A stretch of 63,907 nucleotides of DNA, the filler included, from Craspedostauros australis (taxonomy: Eukaryota), in the NCBI GenBank assembly GCA_030167865.1. It is 14 parts of 14 records of this genome, joined end to end, with 100 filler letters (N's around TTAATTAATTAA, not from the genome) between each part and the next. Parts side by side here need not be neighbours in the genome. Positions count along the whole stretch, not along the records: positions 42,642 to 46,799 come from JALAGF010003684.1; positions 46,900 to 50,413 come from JALAGF010003685.1; positions 50,514 to 55,019 come from JALAGF010003686.1; positions 55,120 to 59,629 come from JALAGF010003687.1; 10 more parts are not named here. One strand, 5' to 3'. Positions within the stretch are counted from its first letter, which is position 1. Every line of letters begins with the position of its first letter. Under the pieces are notes generated by a model. That model saw nothing but the letters and a program-made list of their open reading frames with translations, ran no database searches and was not told where the DNA came from. Below, in pieces: positions 42,649 through 55,355 of this stretch. A program made the position numbers and the translations under genes.

Positions 42649-44571
42649 ATGAGATCCGCTGCGATGCTTTCGATGATCACATCGTCGGTGGCTTTCCTCC
42701 CGAGATCTCCTCCGCAGCACTTACTCAGCAGAAACGGTCTCGAACCGGCCGCAGCCAACCATCAGACGGCACTTTCGCTGCAGACGAATGACAACGACCC
42801 TGTCTTTCAGGTGGGAGATCATTCCAGCGATGATGCGGACGATGGACATTCCGCGCAGCCGCAGCAACGACCCATCGATGCCATGATGGAATTCGCCAAC
42901 ACGGCGGATGATGACATGGCTGGCATGTCCTTCTTTGAAGAGGATGGCGATGAGGCGAACCTCATGATGGACGGCGACACCGACGTGGAGGGTGATGGAG
43001 AGTTCACCGCATTCACACGTGATGAGGACGACATCCTCACAGAACGCGAAGATCGTCTCTACGTCGATGAAAAAGGCATCCGACGCAAGGTGGAACGCTG
43101 CATTCTGATCGGCGTCGAAGACTTGGGACTGCAGCGCAAAGCGAAGCGGTCGGAACGCTACTACAACCCGTTGGAGAATGGGCAGGATGCGCCAGTCTTC
43201 ACACTGGAGGAGTCCCTGATCGAGATGCGGGAGTTAATCCGCACGGCCGGTATGGAGATCGGCGCCGAGATCACGCAGCGACTGCAGGAGATCAATCCCA
43301 AGACATACGTCGGCACAGGCAAGGTGCAGGAGGCCAAGGCGCTGATGGAGGAGCAAGGATGTTGCACGATCGTCTTCGATGCGGAACTCAGCCCTGGCCA
43401 GCAAAAGACCCTCGAGAACACCTTCAATCGCAAGCTGCTGCAGAATGATTTTCTCGTCTCCGAGCGTGAGATCAAGGTCGTCGACCGCACCGCGCTCATT
43501 CTAGACATCTTCGCACAGCACGCCAAGACGAAGGAAGGTAAGCTGCAGGTCGACCTCGCACTGCACGAGTACCGCAAGCCAAGGCTCACCAAGATGTGGA
43601 CGCATTTGGAACGCCAATCCGGCGCCGGCGGCGTCGGTCTGCGAGGACCTGGAGAATCGCAGCTCGAGATCGACAAGCGTCTCGTGCGCGACCGCATCAT
43701 CGTCCTCAAGGAGAAGATCAACAACGTCCAGAAGCAGCGTGCCATGCATCGCAGAGGTCGATCGCGAACGGGCCTGCCAATCCTCTCCCTCGTGGGCTAC
43801 ACGAACGCCGGCAAGTCGACGATGCTCAACTACCTCACGCGAGCCGGTGTCATGGCCGAATCCATGCTCTTCGCCACCCTCGACCCCACGACGCGCAAGG
43901 TCAAGCTTCCGGGATACAAGACACATCCGGAGGTGCTGCTCACGGACACCGTCGGGTTCATCCAGAAGCTCCCCACCCATCTCGTCGCGGCCTTCCGCGC
44001 CACCTTGGAGGAAGTCCGGGAGGCCGATGTCCTCGTCCATGTCATCGACGTGTCCAACCCGGCGTGGGACAAGCAGGAACGGGCCGTGCGCAAGGTTCTG
44101 GCAGACATCGATGCCAGCGACAAGCCCATGGTGCGCGTCTTCAACAAGATCGACCTGCTCGACGAAGATGACGCCGAGTACCTGAGGTACGAAGCCGCCA
44201 TGGCGGAAAACACGGTGGCCGTGTCGTCCCTGCACGGAGACGGTTTGCAGGACTTCGTGGCGGTCGTCGAAGATGCGTTGGCCGATTTGCTGGTGCCAAT
44301 CGAGCTGGAGCTGCCGTACAGTCTGGGCGATGAGCTCAATCTCATCCACGAACAAGGCAACGTCGAGACGATCGATTACCGACCGCAGGGGACCTACGTG
44401 ATGGGCAGAGTTCCCCAGTCGATCGCCAACCGTCTGCAGCAGTACAGCGTGGCCTCCGATGAGGGGATGGGACAAGCATCGGCTGTTGCGACGGGTGGTG
44501 GTGACAACGATAATGACGATGGGATCGACTGGGTGGCCCTTGGACGTGGCAGGCACAAGCAGCGAAGCTAG
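42649..44571 (+). CDS. hflX: GTPase HflX, probably plastid-targeted
   Basis: [80 protein letters not shown]-terminal SSVAFLP. Confidence 0.96.
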   Translation: MRSAAMLSMITSSVAFLPRSPPQHLLSRNGLEPAAANHQTALSLQTNDNDPVFQVGDHSSDDADDGHSAQPQQRPIDAMMEFANTADDDMAGMSFFEEDGDEANLMMDGDTDVEGDGEFTAFTRDEDDILTEREDRLYVDEKGIRRKVERCILIGVEDLGLQRKAKRSERYYNPLENGQDAPVFTLEESLIEMRELIRTAGMEIGAEITQRLQEINPKTYVGTGKVQEAKALMEEQGCCTIVFDAELSPGQQKTLENTFNRKLLQNDFLVSEREIKVVDRTALILDIFAQHAKTKEGKLQVDLALHEYRKPRLTKMWTHLERQSGAGGVGLRGPGESQLEIDKRLVRDRIIVLKEKINNVQKQRAMHRRGRSRTGLPILSLVGYTNAGKSTMLNYLTRAGVMAESMLFATLDPTTRKVKLPGYKTHPEVLLTDTVGFIQKLPTHLVAAFRATLEEVREADVLVHVIDVSNPAWDKQERAVRKVLADIDASDKPMVRVFNKIDLLDEDDAEYLRYEAAMAENTVAVSSLHGDGLQDFVAVVEDALADLLVPIELELPYSLGDELNLIHEQGNVETIDYRPQGTYVMGRVPQSIANRLQQYSVASDEGMGQASAVATGGGDNDNDDGIDWVALGRGRHKQRS

Positions 44572-45445
44572 ACGGCATACTCAAATGGGTAGAATGAAGT
44601 GCACACTACGTGCACTCTCTCTCTCGAACGAACGAAAGACGACGACAACGACCAACTACTTACGTATTCCATCATGACGCTTAGACAGCATTCATCCACG
44701 TACGTACATGCAATCGTGTGTGCGTGTGTGTTTTCTGCCGTTGCGCAATACTCTTCACCTGTATGCTTGCCTGCATGTTGCTGCAATCACACGAAACATA
44801 ATATTGCAGAGTAGGAGTACTCTAGTCTTTCCTTCTCACTTTCTGAAGCACAATCCGACGACTGCATACTGACACCATGACCTTGATTCCGAGTGGACTT
44901 CCAGGGCAGAGCGGCATGGACTCCATCTACGAATTGAAGTGTCTCCGATCGTTCCATCTTACTTTGGGCTGCCTCTCTTGTGACATTTCCTCCCGTGGGC
45001 GTTGTACGTGCGAATGGCCTCGTCTCCGTCGCATCTTTCAGTCTATGGACATAGTACATACTCGGAGGTTGACACCGATACAACGGATCGTGTGGGAGTG
45101 CCGAGCCAGCCCAATTTCAGGTTTGCCGCAAAACCTGAGAATGTTGCGAGAGACTCGATCGTGTTACCTGCACCACGAGATGTCACGGTGTTTGCTTGTT
45201 GGGTGGCATCAGAAGAATCGCCCAAGCATCACCGACGCCTGTGATCTGTTACCATACCAGCACACTCAGCCGATTGCCACAAAAGAAGCAACGGCCATTG
45301 CCACCATAAAGTTCCAACTGCAAACAGATCCGAGTCACCTTCGGCCACGGTCTTCATCTTGCCTCCGCTCTTTCCCTTGTTCGCTTCTTCAGTGCGCCAT
45401 ACCAGCCATCGCTAGCAGCAGTCCCATAGGGTTGGATGGACGCGA

Positions 45446-46799
45446 ATGACAAGACGGCCGTCTCTTCGCCCCCTTGAATCAACACGTGACAACTCCAACG
45501 AGCCAGCAATGACCGACCGGGATCTCTTCCGTGAGACTGGCGCCGCGGATGGAAGCATCCAAGATCAGGATGGCAATACCGCGATGCAGCTTGCGGCCAG
45601 ACATGGTCGCATGGAGATCGTCAAGCGTTTGTTAGAGTCATGCGAACCAAGCATGGGCTCTTCAAATCCTTCCATCGTGGCCGCGCTCCATCTTGCATCT
45701 TCGAAAGGAGATCTGGAGATGGTCAAGCAAGTGGTGAAGTCACACAAACGGACTGTCCAAGTGAAGGATGAGAATGGCGAGACATCACTGCATCGTGCAT
45801 GTTCCAATGGCCATGTGGATGTCGTGAGGTACTTGGTGGAATCAGGCAACGCGAACGTAAACGCCAAAAATTGCAATCGCGATACTCCATTGATTTGTGC
45901 ATGTTCCAATGGCCATGTGGATGTTGTGACGTACTTGGTGGAAACAGGCATCGTGAACGTAAATGCCAAAAATTGCAATCACGATGCTCCATTGGCTTGT
46001 GCATGTTCCAACGGCCATGTGGATGTCATCAGATACATGGTGCAGTCTGCCAAGGTAGATGTCGACACTACCATGAAGGGAGAGTCCACTCTACTTGATT
46101 GGGCATGCATGGGCGGCCTCTCGGATGTTGTGAAGTGCCTTGTGGAGTCAGGCAAGGTCGACATCAATAGGCAAGGAAAGGACGGCATGACCCTCTTGCA
46201 TCACGCATGCGCCGCGGGTGACTTGGCCACTGTGAAGTTACTGGTGGAAGCAGGGAATTCAAACATCAACGCACAAGACAACAGCGATCTCAGTCCACTC
46301 CATCTCGCGTGTTCGAACAGCCACATGGATGTTGTCAAGTACATTGTGGAATCGACGAATGCAGACATCAACATTCAAAGCAGTTCCCATGACATGCAGA
46401 CCCCGCTTCACGAAGCATGTATGAAAGGCGACTTGGGCGTGGTGAAGTGTTTGGTAGAGTCAGGCAGATCGGACTTGACTACCATTACCACCTGTGGTGG
46501 GACCCCACTTCACATTGCATGCTTGAACAACCACATCGACGTGGTTGATTACCTCTTGAGATCACCCGATGCAAATGTCGACGTCACTCTCCAAACTAAG
46601 AAGGGTTCCACACCACTCGTTTATGCAGCTCAGAATCTGGAGTTGGAGATGGTGAAGTATTTGGTGGAGACATGGGACGCAGATGTCAATGCGTGTGATA
46701 GCGATGGCATATCTGTGCTCTGCCTGGCATGTAGGTCCTGCCGGCAGGATGCTGCCATGTACATGATTGAATCAACGAATGCAAACATCAATGCTACAG
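45446..46799 (+). CDS. Ankyrin repeat protein, 3'-truncated
   Basis: About 12 repeats of G.TPLH.AC..G..DVVKYLVE...DVN. Confidence 0.92.
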
Positions 46800-46899
46800 N
46801 NNNNNNNNNNNNNNNNNNNNNNNNNNNNNNNNNNNNNNNNNNNTTAATTAATTAANNNNNNNNNNNNNNNNNNNNNNNNNNNNNNNNNNNNNNNNNNNN

Positions 46900-47826
46900 A
46901 CTGATGCCTCTGACTACGATTCCGCATCTCCGACAAGTGTCAAGGAAGAGCTGTGCATATCAACGAAGGACAAGCGCAGCCTCAGCATCAATTCGAGATC
47001 TTACCTCGACGATGATGGCTCGGCGTCCATTGCGACCAAGAGCACGTACTTCTCTTCCTTCTCCTCCACTGTTTCGTCGATCTGCCCGAGCAGATGCCAG
47101 AAGCTGACGAGAACAGTCCGATTTGCGCTGGGAGAAGCAGACGGAGACGAGCATCCACACCGCATGCATGATGCGCACAGGAAGCCAGGTCACACTCATC
47201 GCGGAGGATACGATCGAAACGATGATGGTGGTGGTGGGAAGGATGGCAGCAGTGCGCCGGATCGTGATTGGATCCATGCCAGCGCAAAACGCCACTACAA
47301 CAGCAACAATAGCAGCAGCAACAGCATGGACAACGCATGCACAGGTTCCGCGACCAACCACACGCTGGTGTTGACGGAGGAAGATCGACGAAACGGGTGG
47401 TGGACGAAGGAAGAGCATGAGCGGAACTTCGAGCGAACCAAGCGCATCGTGTGCGAGCGTCGCAACAGACACGACGACGGCACAGACGAATTCGTCAAAC
47501 TGTTCTCCATCTGCGCCACATGTCCCAAGAAGCTGAGGGAATTTGCATTCGCAGATCTGAACAAGCACAGAGACAACCGCGGTCTTGAGCGGTACATGCA
47601 CGACGTGCTGTCGCGGTACAAGGGCGGCATGATCAAGAGCATCCTCGAGATTCAATCCAAGCTGCCTCGGAGCCTCGATTCGGATGCGCGTGCGAAGCTC
47701 CTGGCCATCAAGTCCGCCCAGCTCAGCAAACCGTCCAGGGCTCTGGCACGGTTCCTCGCCAAGCAGGATGAGCGGGAGGTTCTCGAGCACATCCAGGACG
47801 AATTCAACAAGGGCTCCTGTCGTTAG
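46900..47826 (+). CDS. Diatom-type hypothetical 'VRF...WW...RGLE' protein, 5'-truncated (same gene as 50750-51733)
   Basis: TVRFA, WWTKEE, NRGLE, SKPSRALARFLAKQDE. 46900-48062 is the reverse complement of 50514-51676. Confidence 0.75.
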   Translation, partial: TDASDYDSASPTSVKEELCISTKDKRSLSINSRSYLDDDGSASIATKSTYFSSFSSTVSSICPSRCQKLTRTVRFALGEADGDEHPHRMHDAHRKPGHTHRGGYDRNDDGGGGKDGSSAPDRDWIHASAKRHYNSNNSSSNSMDNACTGSATNHTLVLTEEDRRNGWWTKEEHERNFERTKRIVCERRNRHDDGTDEFVKLFSICATCPKKLREFAFADLNKHRDNRGLERYMHDVLSRYKGGMIKSILEIQSKLPRSLDSDARAKLLAIKSAQLSKPSRALARFLAKQDEREVLEHIQDEFNKGSCR

Positions 47827-49192
47827 CCGTGCCCCCATACAACGGCGCATCGCATCGCATCGATCCCGGTGCGTGCCTCATTTTTTCACGCGAATCTGCA
47901 TCCAATTTTGAAATCAATACACAGTACAACCATGTAGAGCACATCTCCAATCCCAACCACGGACACAGCAACTACAGAAAGTACGACAATAACGCATAGC
48001 ATACATTTCACAAGTCCATCTATCACACAAGCAGCAGCACTAGCAGACTGGATGAATGGATGCCGATCGGGGGCATGGTCACACCATGCACTCCGCTCAA
48101 CTCTCCGATCTCTTGTAATCTTTCAACGCGGAGAGGGGTACGATACACTCGTCATTCATGCTGGGAGAGGCGCATGGCTTCTGCCACGAAAGACTCGCTG
48201 GGACCTGGACAGCTATACCATCGCAATATCAGTGCAAGTTCGCTCTCTTCTATTCAACTCTTCACACGCCTGGGCTCTACTCCGTGGCGCCCGCCTCTGC
48301 ATGGAGCGCTGAGCCGTCATCCCGAATCGTACCGCAAACAGGTACTATACCTCGATAGAATAGACTGCAGCAACTCGGAGCGGAGTGCCACACACTCTCT
48401 ACTCGTATCATGACGATGCTGGCCTGAGCAGGAGTACATGAATCTAAGTATGGGGCACCCAGCAAGAGCTACCCGTCGGAGCGCAACCGTGGCGCAAGTA
48501 CAACTATGAGAATCTTGGCCTGGTTGCACGTCATCATCAATGTGTTTTGGTTGCGTGTCAAAATGCGGCCACGTTCTTCAGTANTCGCTGCAGCGTAGAT
48601 AGTGAAACGAAGCAAGATTGANGATTGTAATCGAATTAGTCTTCTATCAATNGTACTTCCAAAGNNTCTATCAATTGCAACCCGAACAGCAGCGCGCCGG
48701 ACGAACCTGTTGGCGATCATCTTTCCGCAAGACTGATCGCGGAAAAGGAAGACCACAGCAACGCACACGCCCACTTTCTGTCACACGCACACCATCCTAC
48801 CGGCTCTACGTGTCACACACACAAACACACGTGCCATGCCACCTCTTCCCTCCGCCCAACCTCAATTGCCTCCAACACAACTCAAGAGACATCATCAGCA
48901 GCAACATCAGCAACATCAACAACATCACACCGTCAACAACACCAACACCAACACCATTGCCACCATCGCCATTAACGTCAACATCCACATCCACATCAAC
49001 AGGAGGAAAGACGAGTGCGCCATCGTGTAAAACATCACTTTTCAAATTGACGCTTTCTGCAATCAACAACGTTTCCTCACATCCACAACGCTGTTGACAT
49101 CGACAAACATTGTTGGGCAGCAAGAACAGAAGACCGCCGACGTTGGCATCGATCCATCCCGTACGGCACCATTCATACATTCATTACAACAG

Positions 49193-50041
49193 ATGCCTGC
49201 GCTCGCGCCCATCAAGTTGACGATGATCGAAACCATCAGTTGCCTCAGCCCGAGGTACCCACAGTGCGTGGTTGCGCCGCGCCTTTGCTTGCCGCAAAAG
49301 CCGAACGCCATCGAACCCTCTCACAGTATCATGTACGGTGGGATACGAAGGGTGCGTTTTGCAGATGAGGTCGGCCCATCGCTGTCATCGTCGTCGTCTT
49401 CAGACTCGAAGACAGTGCAGAAGTACAAGCTGGAGCAACATTATCGCTATCACTATCAGAACCAGGCAATGATGGGATGCTATTCGACCAACGCCATGGT
49501 GGATGCCAAGGAGGCAACCAGCTGCACAGCACCGGACATCACCACCATGCTGGTGGGCTTGTCGTTGTCTGAGAAGTCTGCCAGATGGTGGTCGGACAAG
49601 GACATCGAACGCACATGCATCATCGCCATGAAGGCTGCCAAGTTCTACTGCGAAAGAAGGAGGCCTTACATCACAAGCTACCTCACACTGTACGACAAGG
49701 TCCACGACATGAGCAACGGAACGAATCTCGACCGCGAGCTGACATCAATCGCTTCGATCCTTGCGAAGGCGTCGGTGAGGGGACTGGAGCCGTTCATATT
49801 CCCCACCACGTACCAAAGCAGGGGAGGGTTCGTGAAGCACCTGCTGGAAACACAGTCTCACTTCCCTCCGAACGTGGACCCTGCCGTGAAGCAACGGATG
49901 CTCAGCGCGAAGTCTGTGTACATGTCACAGCATGCCCGCAAGTTCGCCAGGTTATTCGGGGAAGGCGATGCGGCAGTGGCCGAGCAGATATACCGCGAGG
50001 ACCTGCAACAGATAAGCAGCGTGTCCTCGTCGTCGAGGTGA
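49193..50041 (+). CDS. Diatom-type hypothetical 'VRF...WW...RGLE' protein, paralog
   Basis: RVRFAD, WWSDKD, VRGLE, SQHARKFARLFGEGDA. First ATG at 49193. Confidence 0.75.
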   Translation: MPALAPIKLTMIETISCLSPRYPQCVVAPRLCLPQKPNAIEPSHSIMYGGIRRVRFADEVGPSLSSSSSSDSKTVQKYKLEQHYRYHYQNQAMMGCYSTNAMVDAKEATSCTAPDITTMLVGLSLSEKSARWWSDKDIERTCIIAMKAAKFYCERRRPYITSYLTLYDKVHDMSNGTNLDRELTSIASILAKASVRGLEPFIFPTTYQSRGGFVKHLLETQSHFPPNVDPAVKQRMLSAKSVYMSQHARKFARLFGEGDAAVAEQIYREDLQQISSVSSSSR

Positions 50042-50749
50042 TGCAAGCAAACAAGACAGTGTCGTGTCTCTCAAGAAGACCTCAGAACGAGACACGAGGA
50101 GCATCAATGACAAAGAGACAGACAAGACAAGGAACGACAACGGGACGCAGCACGGACTCAGAGTAGACAGCATGGTACAACGACACCGCTTCGGTTGTCT
50201 CTCTCATGCCACACAATGCAGGAATGCCACTTCACACTCTGCTATTCGATGCCATGGTTGCGACGAAGTCAGCACCAAAAAGCGCCGAGCAGACTTGAGC
50301 ATTCAATTCAGTGCTATTACATAAAGAGGAGGATACATACTCGTAAATACATAGATCTTACGCAATCAGAAGACGACCGTTGTTCATGGAATCAAGGACG
50401 AGTAGGTTTGACANNNNNNNNNNNNNNNNNNNNNNNNNNNNNNNNNNNNNNNNNNNNTTAATTAATTAANNNNNNNNNNNNNNNNNNNNNNNNNNNNNNN
50501 NNNNNNNNNNNNNCATCCATTCATCCAGTCTGCTAGTGCTGCTGCTTGTGTGATAGATGGACTTGTGAAATGTATGCTATGCGTTATTGTCGTACTTTCT
50601 GTAGTTGCTGTGTCCGTGGTTGGGATTGGAGATGTGCTCTACATGGTTGTACTGTGTATTGATTTCAAAATTGGATGCAGATTCGCGTGAAAAAATGAGG
50701 CACGCACCGGGATCGATGCGATGCGATGCGCCGTTGTATGGGGGCACGG

Positions 50750-51733
50750 CTAACGACAGGAGCCCTTGTTGAATTCGTCCTGGATGTGCTCGAGAACCTC
50801 CCGCTCATCCTGCTTGGCGAGGAACCGTGCCAGAGCCCTGGACGGTTTGCTGAGCTGGGCGGACTTGATGGCCAGGAGCTTCGCACGCGCATCCGAATCG
50901 AGGCTCCGAGGCAGCTTGGATTGAATCTCGAGGATGCTCTTGATCATGCCGCCCTTGTACCGCGACAGCACGTCGTGCATGTACCGCTCAAGACCGCGGT
51001 TGTCTCTGTGCTTGTTCAGATCTGCGAATGCAAATTCCCTCAGCTTCTTGGGACATGTGGCGCAGATGGAGAACAGTTTGACGAATTCGTCTGTGCCGTC
51101 GTCGTGTCTGTTGCGACGCTCGCACACGATGCGCTTGGTTCGCTCGAAGTTCCGCTCATGCTCTTCCTTCGTCCACCACCCGTTTCGTCGATCTTCCTCC
51201 GTCAACACCAGCGTGTGGTTGGTCGCGGAACCTGTGCATGCGTTGTCCATGCTGTTGCTGCTGCTATTGTTGCTGTTGTAGTGGCGTTTTGCGCTGGCAT
51301 GGATCCAATCACGATCCGGCGCACTGCTGCCATCCTTCCCACCACCACCATCATCGTTTCGATCGTATCCTCCGCGATGAGTGTGACCTGGCTTCCTGTG
51401 CGCATCATGCATGCGGTGTGGATGCTCGTCTCCGTCTGCTTCTCCCAGCGCAAATCGGACTGTTCTCGTCAGCTTCTGGCATCTGCTCGGGCAGATCGAC
51501 GAAACAGTGGAGGAGAAGGAAGAGAAGTACGTGCTCTTGGTCGCAATGGACGCCGAGCCATCATCGTCGAGGTAAGATCTCGAATTGATGCTGAGGCTGC
51601 GCTTGTCCTTCGTTGATATGCACAGCTCTTCCTTGACACTTGTCGGAGATGCGGAATCGTAGTCAGAGGCATCAGTATCGCATTCACCAATGGAAGTGAT
51701 TGGGTGCTGGTTGGCTGCGCTTGTGTTCATCAT
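50750..51733 (-). CDS. RGLE-family hypothetical protein, allele 1
   Basis: MMNTSAANQ... with first ATG at 51733. Confidence 0.75.
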   Translation of the reverse strand: MMNTSAANQHPITSIGECDTDASDYDSASPTSVKEELCISTKDKRSLSINSRSYLDDDGSASIATKSTYFSSFSSTVSSICPSRCQKLTRTVRFALGEADGDEHPHRMHDAHRKPGHTHRGGYDRNDDGGGGKDGSSAPDRDWIHASAKRHYNSNNSSSNSMDNACTGSATNHTLVLTEEDRRNGWWTKEEHERNFERTKRIVCERRNRHDDGTDEFVKLFSICATCPKKLREFAFADLNKHRDNRGLERYMHDVLSRYKGGMIKSILEIQSKLPRSLDSDARAKLLAIKSAQLSKPSRALARFLAKQDEREVLEHIQDEFNKGSCR

Positions 51734-54540
51734 TGTGTGCCGTCGTCGTCGTCGTTGTTGTTGTTGGCGGTGGTGGTGCTCGTGGGGAGGTGTGGCAGGG
51801 GAGGTGTCAGCGATGGCCACTGATGTTGCTTTTCGCTTCTGGTGCTTTCGCGAGTATCGCTCAAGAGAGTTGCAAATGCTTGCGGTTCACTTGGTCGCTT
51901 TCCCTGTCCTTGTGTCCAATGGCTTCTGGCTGTCTTGCGCAGGAGGAGCTGTTGCTGTATTGCTCGCTGATCCGGTTGAATTGAATTTGTGGTGAGTGCG
52001 CTGCTTTGTTTTGGTGCGGAACAGTTGAGCTGCTCGGATGTCTCACTGACTGCGCTTCCTGTCTTGATGGTTTGTGGCGCCAGGAACAGCGACAGCGACA
52101 GCAACGATGAGTAGTAGTAGATCGCACAGCGGCAACCAAGGTGGTTGCGATGGCACGGTTGGCTTGAGTTGGTCCTGTTGATTGCAAGACAAGGAGGGCG
52201 TTTGGAATTGTGGCGGTTCGAGTTGGCTTCGTATGATGCCTCGTGCTGTTCTGTGTTGTGTTGCGCTCGTCGTGTTGGTTGTGCGTGGCCATGGAATCCG
52301 CGTTGTTGTGCTTTGGGCGGCTCGGCGGTTCAGGACGCGTTCGGTCCGGAGGCGGTAACTTCACGCGGTTCTCGAGTGTCTTGACCTTTGTTTCTCTCTT
52401 GGCAAGCCCCCTCCACCAACTTCGCTGTCTGACGCTGTCTTGCGTTGCTCCTTGCTGACATTTGGATTGGAAGCTTGTGATAGATTAAAAACAATTGCTC
52501 AGTCATGGTCGGGATGGATGGGTGGATGAATGGGAAGCGCGGAAGCATGAAGCTCACACCATAGGTACGTACTCGTGTGCACACCATCCTGCCGTCCCAA
52601 TGCGCCCGTTCGCCTTTCTCCCTTGGGTTTTCTTTTTGTTGAGTTTTGTCTTGAACCTGGTCCTTGTGAAGCCAGCCCCGTCTTGAGGCCATTCAATTTG
52701 TGATGCTGTTTCTGTCTCGTTTGTGACTCACATGTTCACGAGTGGTACTGGCGTTATTCCTTCGAGGGACCCGCGAACCGCGGAACAACAGTGCATGACT
52801 CCACTTCAATGATGCTTGAGTAGTTGTTGGTCACGAATTCTGCGATGTCGATCGTACGCACGACGCAACACTTTCCCCAAACAAAAAGACGGTACGAGTA
52901 CATACCGCGTGCGACGCAAGAGGACCGGCGTTTGGATGACGGAAGATGTGTCTCCTCTGCGTTGCCGACGCTCTTCTATCGCTCTGCGGGATTGCTGAAC
53001 CAGGGTTGTGAAAGACGCAGTTCGACAATCCTGCGCATGGCATGCCCCTGGACGTCTGATGGCAGATACTGCCGTGTCATCCCATGCCGTTCATGTTGGA
53101 CTCTCAAACCGTCGCATGCAGGGACGTTGGTCGGATTGCATGAGGAGAAACGGAAAAGAGGAGGCAACACGGAGCCGTATTGGACTTGGCTTCGTGTTTC
53201 CCATACGAACGCGCGCTTTGTCTCTTTCTCTCCTGCTCGTTTCTTGGTGACACGCTGTCATGGCTTACCATACATGCCCGCTCGTACCTGACGTAGATAC
53301 GCGTCGGAATGCTGCAGACAGCTGACAACAGCACAAGAGAGGGGCGATGCCACCCCGAAACGAGGGATCCTCCCTGCCGTGATGTCATGACACTTGTTCA
53401 ATCAGTCCGATCGCTGTTGAGATTCGCGCTGTTCACATCCATCCATCACATCGCAGTTCCATGCCTTCTGTGTCGTTGCGATTCATCGTTTCGGGCGCAG
53501 ATAGCTCGAGCCACCCTTCGCAGCGAATGACAACAGAATCGTGTACCACTGTTCCTCGCACGCAAGAGAGCATCACGACGATGATGGAGGAAAGAGCGTC
53601 TTCGGGAGAAGGGAGGCCGAGACCCGCGATGACAGGAGCTTTCTTGCCTTTTGACTCCTCTCCGGAGACGCGAAACTGGATGATGTCCGTGTTGGCGGTT
53701 GACGCTGTGTGCGATGTGCTTCTGATGCTTGGCCGCGTCACAAATTCGTCGACATCGGGACTGCCTCTTCTGTTGTTCTTCCCAAACTCTGTGCGCGGAA
53801 GAGGATCACAGGGACGAAACCACGCGCCATGAGCGAGCCAGTTCGTACTTGCACGTGTAGTGTTGGTGATTCGTTGGCATGGCGCAAAGGCCCCCTTGGT
53901 CATCCACGATCATCGCGCAACAAGGGCGCAGGCGTGCCACAGAAACTCCCCTGCTCACGCGATAGAGCCACCAAGACCTGTGCGATGGAGATTCGGCTAA
54001 TTAGACGTGTTGTGCGCAGTTTGAAGCCGTGGAGGTCTTGTGTGCGGCTGTTGCTGCCTGCTAAACGTCTGACATGGCGCCATACTCGTATGTACGTATG
54101 TTCTATGGGCACGCTGCCAGATACTCCAAAAGACATGGGAACAGCAGTGATCGATGACGGGGACTGTGGCGGCAACAGCAACAGCGTTGTGGAGCTATGA
54201 GGTTTGGTCTCCGCGTGTTCGACGCTGGTTGCGAACCAACGCTCTCCAGGGCACGTGACTTTCCATCCCACCTGTGTCGTATGATGCCACACCATGCTCT
54301 ATGACGAGTGTTCTTTGTTACGGATTGGTGACTCCTCTCGCACACCAATTGCCTCTTGACAATCCCAAAGTAAATCTCGTCAGGTAGGTGGCTGGAACGG
54401 AGTGGACAACGGACTACCAAACACACGAATGACATGATCAATCCAATCCAAGTCAACTCAGCTCATCGCATGTCAGTCAATGCGACCCATGGCCGACTCC
54501 ACCGTGCGTGAGTCGCGGAGGGAGACCGCGCGCCGTTGGT

Positions 54541-55019
54541 TTATACATCGTTCAACCCCAATTCCTCGAGCTTGGCTTGGATGGCACCAAGGGCCGCATG
54601 CTGCAAATTGCCCGGAGGCAACGAGGCCGAGTAGCCCCGCTCGTGGATCCACATCTGGATGATCCACTTCTCATCCTCACCAACGATCACATCGCCCTTG
54701 TGCAGTGTGCGATCATCGGGCCGCCCATCTGCGAACGAGGGGAAGAAGAGCAAGGCGGATCCTTCCTTCGGCTGCATGGTCAACTCCGTTCCATCCGGGG
54801 ACTTCAAATCACGGAACACCGTGCCACCACCGCCACCCTCCATGTCATTGAGGTACACCAACAGCGTCGCTGAGCGCTGTCCGCCATTCGACAACTGCGG
54901 CCTCGGCACCTCGTCGTAATGCCACGAGAACTGCTGCCCTTGCTTGTACCGCACGATCTGCGGCTCCTCCATGACTTCGATGGGAATGTTGAGGAGCCCA
55001 TTTGCTTTGGCCAGGAGTG
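54541..55019 (-). CDS. Prolyl 4-hydroxylase-like 2OG-Fe(II) oxygenase, 5'-truncated
   Basis: EEPQIVRY..GQQFSWHYD, RSATLLVYLND, GGGTVF, LLFFP, TLH...EKW. Confidence 0.9.
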
Positions 55020-55355
55020 NNNNNNNNNNNNNNNNNNNNNNNNNNNNNNNNNNNNNNNNNNNNTTAATTAATTAANNNNNNNNNNNNNNNNNNNNNNNNN
55101 NNNNNNNNNNNNNNNNNNNCATCCATTCATCCAGTCTGCTAGTGCTGCTGCTTGTGTGATAGATGGACTTGTGAAATGTATGCTATGCGTTATTGTCGTA
55201 CTTTCTGTAGTTGCTGTGTCCGTGGTTGGGATTGGAGATGTGCTCTACATGGTTGTACTGTGTATTGATTTCAAAATTGGATGCAGATTCGCGTGAAAAA
55301 ATGAGGCACGCACCGGGATCGATGCGATGCGATGCGCCGTTGTATGGGGGCACGG

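Larger units (their letters stand above)
50514..55019. repeat. Contig duplicated as near-identical haplotype 55120-59629
   Basis: Identical ORF sets at offsets 4606 and 4610. Differences are confined to ~51677-51830. Confidence 0.93.

Noticed and set aside
2885..44556. Long alternative-frame and antisense ORFs (e.g. 2885-4204, 4155-5033, 26267-27046, 43501-44556)
   Set aside because: Shadows of real GC3-rich genes with no recognisable domains.
48580..48670. Scattered single n bases
   Set aside because: Masked ambiguous positions, probably heterozygous or collapsed sites.
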